A stretch of 64,000 nt of DNA from Oscillospiraceae bacterium (GCA_004555865.1 SFJO01000002.1:90201-154200); one strand, 5' to 3'. Counted from the first letter of the stretch, positions 47,226 through 54,815 are shown. Notes: a model not told the origin generated them from the letters alone. Numbers and translations: made by a program.

Positions 47226-49379
47226 TCAGACCTCTTTTCTCGTTTTGTGGAAGGCAAACGCTCCATGCTGCGCCGGGGCAGCTTCCGCCTTGCCGGGCTT
47301 GGGCCAGCGGCGGGTGGTGTGGGCGATGACCGGCGCAAACACAATCAGCAGCGCCGGAAGGATCAGGATAATCACGGCCATGCTGATCAGCGCGCCGCGG
47401 CTGATCAGGTGGCACAGGCTGCTGATCAGCTCCATTTGGGAGATGGCTGCCACGCTGGCGGTGGCCGCAAAGAAGGTCAGGCCGCTGGTCAGAATGCTCT
47501 GGCTGCACTGTTCCACCGCAATGTGGGCGGCCTCTTTCACGCCGGCCCCCTTCTCCAGCTCCTCTTTGAAGCGAGTGGTGGTCAGAATGGCGTAGTCCAC
47601 CGTGGCGCCCAGCTGAATGGTGCCCACCACGATGCTGGCCACAAAGGGCAGCTGGGTTCCGGTAAAGTACGGAATGCCCATGTTGATGGCGATGGCGCTC
47701 TCGATCGCGCCCACCAGCAGCACCGGAATGGACGCGGAACCGAAGCTGATGAGGATGATGACAAACACCGCCGCGATGGAGGTGACGTTCACATTGCGGA
47801 AGTCCACATCCGCCACCTGAATCAGGTCCTTGGTCATGGCGCCCTCGCCGCTGATAACGCCCTGGGGGTCGTAGCTCTTCACAATGGCGTCCAGCTCTTC
47901 CAGCTGGTGGTTCTGCTCATCTGCGCCGCTCTTGTAACTGGAGTTTACCAGAATCATCCGGTGGCCGCCTGCATGGAAGATGTCCCGCAGATCGGCCGGC
48001 ACCAGAGTTTCGGGAATGGCCCCGCCCAAAAACTTTTCGTAGCTGAGCACCTGGTTCACGCCGTCCACCGCCGCCATCTCATTGGAAAGCTCGGTGAGCT
48101 GCCGGTTGGTGAGGTTTTCGTCCACGATCACAAAATGGGAGGTGGTCATGTTGAAGTCGTCCTTCAGGCGGTTGGTGCCCACAATGCCGTCCATGGTCTG
48201 GGGCAGGCTGTCGAACAGGGTGTAGTAGATGTCCACCTTGTTCTGGGCAATGCCAAAGGGAATGACCAGAATCAAAAAGCAGATCAGCAGCGGCAGGTAA
48301 TGCTTCGTCACAAACTTTGCCGTGCGGGGCAGCTTGGGAACCAGGGTGCGGTGGTTGAACTTCTCAATGGGCTTACGGAACTGCATCAGCAGAGCTGGCA
48401 GCACCGTAACGGTACACACAACGCCCAGCGCAACGCCCTTGGCCATCACAATGCCGATGTCCGCGCCCAGGGTCAGGCTCATGGTGCACATGGCCAAAAA
48501 GCCCGCGATGGTGGTGAGGGACGAGGCCGAAATGGATGAAGCCGTGTTGCAGATGGCCCGGGTCATACACTCTTCCAACTGCGCGTCGGTAAGATTTGTG
48601 CCTCCCAGGTCGGCCTTTTCTTCCTCAAAGCGGTGCAGCAGGAAGATGGAGAAGTCCATGGTCACACCCAGCTGAAGCACCGTGGCCAGCGCCTCGGTGA
48701 TGTAGCTGATCTGGCCCAGGAAGATGTTGGTGCCGAAGTTGTAGGCAATGGGGAACGCCAGCCCCAGCATAAAGATGAAGGGCACCACCGTGCTCTTCAG
48801 GCTGAGGAACAGCACCACCAGCGAGCAGCCCACCGCACACAGCACATACAGCGGGATCTCCTGGTCGATCAGGGCCTTGGTGTCCGCCAGAATGGCGGAC
48901 ATACCGCCGATGAAGCAATCCTTGCGCAGGATCGTTTTGATCTGCTGAATGGCGGCCATGGTCTCGGCGCTGGCGCTGGTGCCCTCAAACTGCACCAGCA
49001 GCATGGTGGCGCCGCTGTTGTTGTAGAAAAAGTCCCGCACATCGGCCGGAAGCATCTCGCTGGGAATGGTCACATCCAGCATATCGCTGGTCCAGACCAC
49101 CTTGCGCACGCCCGGCACCTGGGCAAGTTCCTCCTTCATCTTCAGGGTCTCAGCGGTGGGTAGGTTTTCCACCGTGAGCATGGCCGTGCTGGCCATGTGG
49201 AAGTCGTCCTCCAGATAGGTTTCGCCGATCATGGAGTCCAGCTCTGCCGGAAGATAGGTCAGAATGTCGTAATTGATGTAGGTGCCGATCGCGCCCAGCA
49301 AAGACGGAATAAGCAGCAGCACTGCCACAAACAGCACCAGCCTCCGGTGGCGAACCACAAACCGGGCAAGTCGTTTCAT
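47226..49379 (-). CDS. MMPL-family (RND superfamily) membrane transporter
   Basis: Trimmed to ATG 49379 (MKRLARFVVRHRRLVLFVAVLLL), preceded by AAAGGAGAG. 717 aa with two 6-TM bundles, each following a large loop, as in MMPL/RND proteins. Confidence 0.88.
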   Translation of the reverse strand: MKRLARFVVRHRRLVLFVAVLLLIPSLLGAIGTYINYDILTYLPAELDSMIGETYLEDDFHMASTAMLTVENLPTAETLKMKEELAQVPGVRKVVWTSDMLDVTIPSEMLPADVRDFFYNNSGATMLLVQFEGTSASAETMAAIQQIKTILRKDCFIGGMSAILADTKALIDQEIPLYVLCAVGCSLVVLFLSLKSTVVPFIFMLGLAFPIAYNFGTNIFLGQISYITEALATVLQLGVTMDFSIFLLHRFEEEKADLGGTNLTDAQLEECMTRAICNTASSISASSLTTIAGFLAMCTMSLTLGADIGIVMAKGVALGVVCTVTVLPALLMQFRKPIEKFNHRTLVPKLPRTAKFVTKHYLPLLICFLILVIPFGIAQNKVDIYYTLFDSLPQTMDGIVGTNRLKDDFNMTTSHFVIVDENLTNRQLTELSNEMAAVDGVNQVLSYEKFLGGAIPETLVPADLRDIFHAGGHRMILVNSSYKSGADEQNHQLEELDAIVKSYDPQGVISGEGAMTKDLIQVADVDFRNVNVTSIAAVFVIILISFGSASIPVLLVGAIESAIAINMGIPYFTGTQLPFVASIVVGTIQLGATVDYAILTTTRFKEELEKGAGVKEAAHIAVEQCSQSILTSGLTFFAATASVAAISQMELISSLCHLISRGALISMAVIILILPALLIVFAPVIAHTTRRWPKPGKAEAAPAQHGAFAFHKTRKEV

Positions 49380-49399
49380 GGGATTCTCTCCTTTCAAAA

Positions 49400-49412
49400 T
49401 GACTATTAGTCA
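49400..49412. promoter_or_regulatory. Operator-like palindrome 1 (TGACTA-T-TAGTCA)
   Basis: Perfect 6-1-6 inverted repeat TGACTATTAGTCA flanked by AAAA/ATTTT. It lies between the predicted MMPL promoter and its RBS. Confidence 0.45.
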
Positions 49413-49426
49413 ATTTTGTCTCATTC

Positions 49427-49455
49427 AGTATACGAGTTTCGCAGTGCAAATGCAA
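49427..49455 (-). promoter_or_regulatory. Sigma70 promoter of the MMPL operon
   Basis: Minus strand reads TTGCAT-17 nt-TATACT. It is bracketed by palindromes 1 and 2. Confidence 0.5.
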
Positions 49456-49464
49456 TAGTGAAAA

Positions 49465-49477
49465 TGACCAATAGTCA
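49465..49477. promoter_or_regulatory. Operator-like palindrome 2 (TGACCA-A-TAGTCA)
   Basis: AAAATGACCAATAGTCAATTTC, the same motif as copy 1 with 1-2 changes. It lies just upstream of the MMPL -35. Confidence 0.4.
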
Positions 49478-49491
49478 ATTTCAAATAAAAC

Positions 49492-49504
49492 CGACTATTA
49501 GTCA
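49492..49504. promoter_or_regulatory. Operator-like palindrome 3 (CGACTA-T-TAGTCA)
   Basis: AAAACCGACTATTAGTCATTTTT, a third copy, about 27 bp upstream of the predicted TetR -35. Confidence 0.4.
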
Positions 49505-49530
49505 TTTTTAATCAATTGGGCGATTCGCCC

Positions 49531-49559
49531 TTGTAAATCCCCCTTGAATCGCCTATACT
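49531..49559 (+). promoter_or_regulatory. Candidate sigma70 promoter of the TetR gene
   Basis: TTGTAA-17 nt-TATACT. This gives a long leader of about 140 nt before ATG 49708. Confidence 0.45.
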
Positions 49560-49707
49560 TTGAACAGCGAACCGCAAAATGCGCCGAATCCTGCCGGGCC
49601 GAACAGCCGTCCCAACCGGCCTTTTGGCAGGATATACGCCCGCCGGGCCGGGTATTTTCCGTGCCCCGCGGAGCTTTTTCACAGAACAAGGAAAGGAGAG
49701 CCGTCGT

Positions 49708-50301
49708 ATGCCCAAACAATCCCCAACCCAGCGGGAAGACCGGGAGCAGAACCTTCTGGATGCCGCCTACCGCCTGTTTATGAGCAAGGGCCAGCCCAAA
49801 ACCTCCATTGACGACATTGTGCAGGAGGCCCAGGTGGCCAAAGGCTCTTTTTATACCTACTTCAAAAATAAGGACGACCTGACCCAGAAGCTGGTGGACC
49901 GGCTGTGCACCCGCATTCTGCGAGAGAGTTACGCCGCCAGCCGCCAGATGCCCGCCGCCGACTTTGCCGACCGGGTGGTGCACCTGATGGACCAGATCAT
50001 CGAGCACTTCAAGCGCAACAAGCTGCAGCTGTACCTCATCCGCCGCAACTTCAGCTGGCCCATGGTGGAGCATGAGCTGAGCCAGCCCTCCGACCCGGTG
50101 TGGCAGGATCTGGCCAGCGCCCTGGAGCATAGCCCCCTGATGGAGCGCTACACCTCGGAAGAGCTGTTCCGGCTGATCTTTGTGCTGGTGGAAATGTGCG
50201 GCTCCATCTGCTATGCCTCCATCATCGAAGGCCGCCCCGCCGGCATTGAGCAGATGAAGCCCATCCTGTACGACATTGTGCGCAAGAGCCTGGAGGGCTG
50301 A
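49708..50301 (+). CDS. TetR/AcrR family transcriptional regulator
   Basis: Trimmed to ATG 49708, preceded by GAAAGGAGAG. The HTH region is NLLDAAYRLFMSKGQPKTSIDDIVQEAQVAKGSFYTYFKNKDDL. Divergent from the MMPL operon. Confidence 0.9.
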   Translation: MPKQSPTQREDREQNLLDAAYRLFMSKGQPKTSIDDIVQEAQVAKGSFYTYFKNKDDLTQKLVDRLCTRILRESYAASRQMPAADFADRVVHLMDQIIEHFKRNKLQLYLIRRNFSWPMVEHELSQPSDPVWQDLASALEHSPLMERYTSEELFRLIFVLVEMCGSICYASIIEGRPAGIEQMKPILYDIVRKSLEG

Positions 50302-50365
50302 CCGGCGCACTTCCCCGCTTTTGCAGGCCGCCCCGCGGCTTATACGCAACGAAACACCACAAAAA

Positions 50366-50405
50366 ACAGCGCCTGACCGGACGACCGCATCCGATCAGGC
50401 GCTGT
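50366..50405. terminator. Bidirectional terminator between the TetR gene and ftsH
   Basis: ACAGCGCCTGA-18 nt loop-TCAGGCGCTGT, with A6 upstream and T-rich sequence downstream. Confidence 0.6.
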
Positions 50406-50472
50406 TCTGTTGTTTCTGTTCTTGCAGTTTCAGCCGTTCAGGGGGTTGTGTGCCGCTCTGCGCACACCGGCA

Positions 50473-52326
50473 TTATTCCTGCGTGCCCGGCATATCCTGC
50501 GGCAGCTGCGCCGCAGGCTCGTTCAGCATGGCCATAAATTCATCGCCGGTGATGGTCTCTTTTTCATACAGGTACTGGGCCAGCTGATCCAGCTTGCCGC
50601 GGTTTTGCAGTAGCAGCTGGGCCGCCTTTTCATGCTGCTTTTTCACCAGGGCCACCACCTGCCGGTCAATGTTGGTCTGGGTTTCGGTCGAGCAGGCCAG
50701 CGAGGCATCGCCGCCCAGATACTGGTTGGTCACGGTTTCCAGCGCCACCATGTCAAAATCTTCGCTCATGCCGTATCGGGTGATCATGGCACGGGCCAGC
50801 TTGGTGGCCTGCTCAATGTCGTTGGAGGCGCCGGTGGTCACCGAGCCGAAGGCCACTTCCTCGGCGGCACGGCCGCCGGTGAGGGTGGCGATCTTGTTTT
50901 CGATCTCCACCTTGCTCATCAGGTAGTGGTTGCCCTCGTCCACCTGCATGGTATAGCCCAGCGCGCCGGAGGTGCGGGGCACGATGGTGATCTTCTGCAC
51001 CGGGGCCGAGTGGCTTTGCAGCGCCGCCACCAGGGCATGGCCGATTTCGTGGTACGCCACAATGCGCTTTTCTTCGTCGGTGAGAATGGCGTTCTTTTTC
51101 TGGTAGCCAGCGATGACCACCTCAATGCTCTCCTCAAGGTCCGCCTGGGTGGCCGAATGCCGCCCGGCCCGCACGGCCCGCAGGGCTGCCTCGTTGATGA
51201 TGTTGGCCAGCTCTGCGCCGGAAGCGCCGGAGGCCATCCGGGCGATCTTGCCGAAGTCCACATCGCCCGCCACCTTGATCTTCTTGGCATGTACCCGCAG
51301 AATGGCTTCACGGCCCTTCAGGTCCGGCAGCTCCACCGGCACCCGCCGGTCAAAACGGCCGGGGCGGGTCAGGGCCGGGTCCAGCGAATCCGGCCGGTTG
51401 GTGGCCGCCAGAATGATCACGCCGGTGTTGTCCTCAAAGCCGTCCATCTCGGTCAGCAGCTGGTTCAGGGTCTGCTCCCGCTCGTCGTTGGTACTCAGCT
51501 GGCCGTCCCGCTTTTTGCCGATGGCGTCGATCTCGTCAATGAACACGATGCAGGGGGCCTTCTCCTTCGCTTGACGGAACAGGTCGCGCACCTTGGAAGC
51601 GCCCATGCCCACGAACATCTCCACGAATTCCGAGCCGGACATGGAGAAGAAGGGCACGTTGGCCTCACCGGCCACCGCCTTGGCCAGCAGGGTTTTGCCG
51701 GTACCCGGAGGGCCCACCAACAGCACGCCCTTGGGCATGGAAGCGCCGATGTCCCGGTATTTGTTCGGATTGTGCAGGTAATCCACGATTTCGGAGAGGT
51801 TCTCCTTGGCCTCGTCCTCACCGGCCACATCCGTAAACTTGATGCCCTCCGAGGATTTCACATAGACCTTCGCGTTGGATTTGCCCGCGCCGAACATCAT
51901 GGAGTTCGGCCCGCCCATTTTCTTCATCATCTGCTTGGTGAACATCTGCCCCAGGCCCACAAAAATCACAATGGGCAGCACCCAGCTGAGCAAAAAGCTC
52001 AGCACGGGCGACATCTGCTCCTGAATCTCGCTGGCAAACTGTGCCCCGTGGTCATACAGGCGCTGGGTTAGTTCCGGGTCGCTCATCAGGCCGGTTTTGT
52101 ACAGCTGCGTGTTGTCCTTGTCCGTAAAGAGGATCTGATTGTCCTGCAATTCCACCTTGCCGATGTTGTCGTTGTAGGTCATCTCCATGAAGGTGTTGTA
52201 ATCCACTTCCTTGACCTGCCGCTGGCTGATCATGGGCATGACCAGCATATTGAACAGCAGAAGAAGCAGGATCACAATGCAGTAATAGGAGATGAGGGGT
52301 TTCTTGGGTGTTTTTACCTCATTCAT
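50473..52326 (-). CDS. ftsH: ATP-dependent zinc metalloprotease FtsH
   Basis: Trimmed to ATG 52326 ([25 protein letters not shown]). Walker A GPPGTGKT, Walker [12 protein letters not shown] region and zinc site HEIGHAL are present. Confidence 0.95.
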   Translation of the reverse strand: MNEVKTPKKPLISYYCIVILLLLLFNMLVMPMISQRQVKEVDYNTFMEMTYNDNIGKVELQDNQILFTDKDNTQLYKTGLMSDPELTQRLYDHGAQFASEIQEQMSPVLSFLLSWVLPIVIFVGLGQMFTKQMMKKMGGPNSMMFGAGKSNAKVYVKSSEGIKFTDVAGEDEAKENLSEIVDYLHNPNKYRDIGASMPKGVLLVGPPGTGKTLLAKAVAGEANVPFFSMSGSEFVEMFVGMGASKVRDLFRQAKEKAPCIVFIDEIDAIGKKRDGQLSTNDEREQTLNQLLTEMDGFEDNTGVIILAATNRPDSLDPALTRPGRFDRRVPVELPDLKGREAILRVHAKKIKVAGDVDFGKIARMASGASGAELANIINEAALRAVRAGRHSATQADLEESIEVVIAGYQKKNAILTDEEKRIVAYHEIGHALVAALQSHSAPVQKITIVPRTSGALGYTMQVDEGNHYLMSKVEIENKIATLTGGRAAEEVAFGSVTTGASNDIEQATKLARAMITRYGMSEDFDMVALETVTNQYLGGDASLACSTETQTNIDRQVVALVKKQHEKAAQLLLQNRGKLDQLAQYLYEKETITGDEFMAMLNEPAAQLPQDMPGTQE

Positions 52327-52574
52327 GAAAAAAACTCCATTCTGTATGGGAATCCAGCCTGCCCAGCGGCCCCTTTGCACGCCGCCGGCTCCAAATTTTT
52401 CCGGCCGAATTCGGATGATGTAACGGTTATACCATTCAAGTATGTACAAACTTGTAACAAACCTTGGCGTGTTTGCAGAGGCTTTTTACCAAAATCAAAT
52501 TTATGTCTCAAACCGAGGTCCCGTCTCCCGCTTCGGTGCCGCATTTCATGCGCCCGGCCCGCCCAACCTGCCGC

Positions 52575-52623
52575 AAAAAAGCAGACAGCCCGCGGAGGTG
52601 CTTTCCCCCATTGACTTGTCTGC
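52575..52623 (-). terminator. Intrinsic terminator after the 263-aa membrane protein gene
   Basis: Minus strand has GCAGACA-33 nt-TGTCTGC followed by TTTTTTGCGG, about 120 nt after the stop at 52741. Confidence 0.5.
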
Positions 52624-52740
52624 CTGTTTATCCCGGCATTTTTCCCGCATTGTTTTTCCGGCTGTACTTTTTTGAGCTAAGGCAACACCGCACAATTTCC
52701 GCCGGGCGGCTTAAGCACCGCTGCGGTATTGCCCCCAAAA

Positions 52741-53532
52741 TCATCCCAGCTCGTTCAGGCCGCTGACGCACAGAATCACAAAAAACCCCAGCAGCAGCAC
52801 CCACCCCAGCACCTGAATCATATAAAAGGTGTCGCTCGGCTCTACCTCGCCCTTCACGTACCAGCTGAGGCTGATGCGATTCAGCGATTCTCCGAACAAA
52901 ATTATCAGCACCGCAAGGCCCAGCACCAGGCAGGCCATCCCATAATACTTCAGGCTGCCCTTCACCACGGTGTCACCGGCGGCGGCGCGGCCCAGCCACC
53001 CGGGGCTGACCCAATCGTCCAGCGCGCGCTCGCCTGTTTCGTAGCTGAAGCCCACATCCGGAATCAGCGCACCGCTTTCGTGCCGCTCGTAGAGCTGGCC
53101 CTGCCCATCCGCAAAGCCCTCAAAAACGTTCTTTTCCTGCCAGGTGATGGTCACCGGCCAGCAGGGCTGGCTTTTCTCCAGCCCCAAGCCCTCTTCGCGC
53201 TGCTCCTCGCGGCCGAGGGTCACCCGGCCCTCGCCGGTTCCGGCCTGGGCAGCGTCCACCCGCACATACACCGTTTCACCGGGTCGATAGTCGCCGTCCA
53301 CCTGCACCGTCACCGGCGTATCGCCGTATACGGTGCCCTGATACAAGCCATCGCCGCGCTGGCGCAGGCTGCCGTTGCCAAAGGCAAGCACCGGCTTGCC
53401 GCCAGCCAGCAGGTAGGCCGCCAAAAACACCGCAGCCAGAGCGGCCGCCAAAATCAGAGCCGCTCTGCGCCCCCACAGAAACTTTTCCCGGGTTGTTTTT
53501 CGGCCGAACTCATCCAGAAACCGTTCGAGCAT
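52741..53532 (-). CDS. Hypothetical membrane protein (1 N-terminal and 2 C-terminal TM helices)
   Basis: ORF trimmed to ATG 53532 (MLERFLDEFGRK), preceded by AAAGGAGGG. TM helices are AALILAAALAAVFLAAYLLAG, MACLVLGLAVLIILF and VLGWVLLLGFFVILCV. The central domain of about 150 aa has no recognised family. A TGGTACAAT extended -10 lies at 53600-53608. Confidence 0.55.
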   Translation of the reverse strand: MLERFLDEFGRKTTREKFLWGRRAALILAAALAAVFLAAYLLAGGKPVLAFGNGSLRQRGDGLYQGTVYGDTPVTVQVDGDYRPGETVYVRVDAAQAGTGEGRVTLGREEQREEGLGLEKSQPCWPVTITWQEKNVFEGFADGQGQLYERHESGALIPDVGFSYETGERALDDWVSPGWLGRAAAGDTVVKGSLKYYGMACLVLGLAVLIILFGESLNRISLSWYVKGEVEPSDTFYMIQVLGWVLLLGFFVILCVSGLNELG

Positions 53533-53607
53533 TCGATAGCCCTCCTTTGCTTTTTTCCGGGTTGCGGCCAGGCCCGACCGAACTGTACGGAACATTTGTA
53601 TTGTACC

Positions 53608-53645
53608 ACAAAAAGGGTGGGTGCCCAACGCGAGCACCCACCCTT
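53608..53645 (-). terminator. Strong intrinsic terminator closing the tandem-module non-coding unit
   Basis: Minus strand has AGGGTGGGTGC-UCGCGUUGG-GCACCCACCCU followed by UUUUGUGG. On the plus strand no T-tract follows, so it is minus-strand specific. Confidence 0.7.
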
Positions 53646-54555
53646 GTGATTCCTAATACATTGGTCTCAAAGCCTCATCTCAGATGTGGAAGTGGTGAAC
53701 GGATGAACATTTCATAGGGTCCACGTTCCTTCTTTTTCTGATTTTGGAATTGATGCAACGTTTTAGCTGTTCATTGGTTTCAAAGCCTCATGGTTTGGAT
53801 TTCCGTATCTCGCGGTGGGTGGATAATTTGCCCATCGTGGCTTCTTACACCGGCCCAAATGCCGCGCGCCTTGGGGAATGCTGCTTAGTACATCGGTTTC
53901 AAAGCCTCATCTCAAAGGTTGGAATTGAACCATCCGTCTCTGTCACGCTGCCGGCCTGCTCCGGCCCAATGTCAGGGGTGGATGTGGGGACGCATCACAA
54001 ATCGCTTCATTCTGCGTCATCCTTTCCTTGGTTTGGTTGGGGATGTTCTTCAGTACATTGGCTGCAATGCCTCTTTGCCATCCGGCTTATCCATGCGCCC
54101 GGTCCGCCGTCGTGCGTTGCGGGTGCGTTTGTTTGGTGCAAACCATTCGGGGTTCTTTGAACCCTCTGTTGTTTCAGCTGTTCATTGGAGTAACCCTTTG
54201 TAGATTTCTGGTTCGTGTGAAACGAGATTTTATGGTTGCTTCCGGCAGCCTTTGCGCCGGGCCGTCAAATCACTTTTCGCTTGGCTCAAAATCTATATTA
54301 AAAGGTTTTTTATCGTTCTCTCCGGCAGTCGACCGGGGTTCTGGTCCGTTTCTTACGGTAAAGCCCTTCCTTGGTCTCTTACAGGATCACATCCTGGGGT
54401 GTGAGGGTACCGTTTATCTGCCGACCCCGGGCTGCCAATGCTGCACGGGTTCTTCAGTCTTTGCCATCGGGATCAAGCTCCTTTCCGACCACCGAGGGGG
54501 TTTGGATTTCGGCATCCCCTTCTGCTTTTTGCTTCGGTGGTGTTCTCTTTTGTTT
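53612..54555 (-). ncRNA. Candidate ~0.95-kb non-coding transcript built from tandem diverged modules (unclassified)
   Basis: Bounded by the TGGAAA-17-TATAAT promoter (54562-54590) and the terminator at 53608-53645. No protein-like ORF occurs in any frame. Repeated conserved cores and many local hairpins are present. The ends are inferred, not measured. Confidence 0.4.
53659..54481. repeat. Tandem array of ~7 diverged 110-170-bp modules sharing a 20-nt core
   Basis: Plus-strand core CATYGGTYTCAAAGCCTCAT starts at 53659, 53772 and 53891 (18-20 of 20 identical). Degenerate copies start at 54056 (CATTGGCTGCAATGCCTCTT), 54183, about 54351 (weak) and 54465 (CATCGGGATCAAGCTCC). Flanks also align: CCGGCCCAA at 53850 and 53961, and GGTTTGGATTTC at 53792 and 54499. 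Confidence 0.65.
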
Positions 54556-54561
54556 GATTTT

Positions 54562-54590
54562 ATTATAGCCAACTCCCGCCTTTGTTTCCA
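54562..54590 (-). promoter_or_regulatory. Candidate sigma70 promoter of the tandem-module unit
   Basis: Minus strand reads TGGAAA-17 nt-TATAAT, with an A/T-rich block immediately upstream (54601-54720 is 37 of 120 G+C). Confidence 0.45.
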
Positions 54591-54623
54591 TTGACAAATT
54601 GCACGTAGTTTGTTGATTGTTTT

Positions 54624-54642
54624 TGTGCAATTGTGTTGCACA
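54624..54642. promoter_or_regulatory. Perfect 7-5-7 palindrome TGTGCAA-TTGTG-TTGCACA (operator/activator-site candidate)
   Basis: Seen directly in the sequence. A third half-site TTGCAC lies at 54599-54604. A related GTGCAA-GGTG-TTGCAC occurs at 63514-63529. Confidence 0.35.
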
Positions 54643-54790
54643 TATGGACAATTGTTTCATTTTTATATTCAAATCAAACGAAATAAAGTTGTTTTTCAAA
54701 TTTACATTGTGGCACGTTCCGGTCAATGGTTTTCCCGTTTCCGGTACTTCACGCTAAAAAATTCCGCTGCATCGATCCAAAGCGGCCAAA

Positions 54791-54815
54791 CAAAAAAGGC
54801 GGCGTGCCGCCGCCC
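54791..54815 (-). terminator. Intrinsic terminator of the metG-tatD-small ORF operon
   Basis: Minus strand has GGCGGC-AC-GCCGCC followed by TTTTTTGTTTGG, about 45 nt after the stop at 54859. Confidence 0.65.

Noticed and set aside
53821-54100. Replication-origin-like DnaA boxes (TTATCCAC at 53825-53832 on the minus strand, TTATCCAT at 54087-54094)
   Set aside because: There are only two imperfect boxes. There is no dnaA/dnaN context, no DUE-type AT-rich repeat set adjacent in the right geometry, and the region behaves as a transcription unit.
54414-54467. 17-codon sORF (MAKTEEPVQHWQPGVGR) with a good GGAG-N10-AUG inside the non-coding unit
   Set aside because: It is the same SD-AUG core as the other modules, lengthened by a 6-nt insertion. 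The other copies stop after 2-3 codons, so a conserved peptide product is unlikely. It is kept only as part of the mini-ORF observation.
53659-54481. CRISPR array (regularly spaced direct repeats next to an A/T-rich leader-like block)
   Set aside because: The repeat period is 112-170 bp, whereas CRISPR periods are roughly 55-75 bp. The inter-repeat segments are themselves homologous to one another rather than unique spacers. The copies nearest the A/T-rich block are the most degenerate. No cas genes are in the window.
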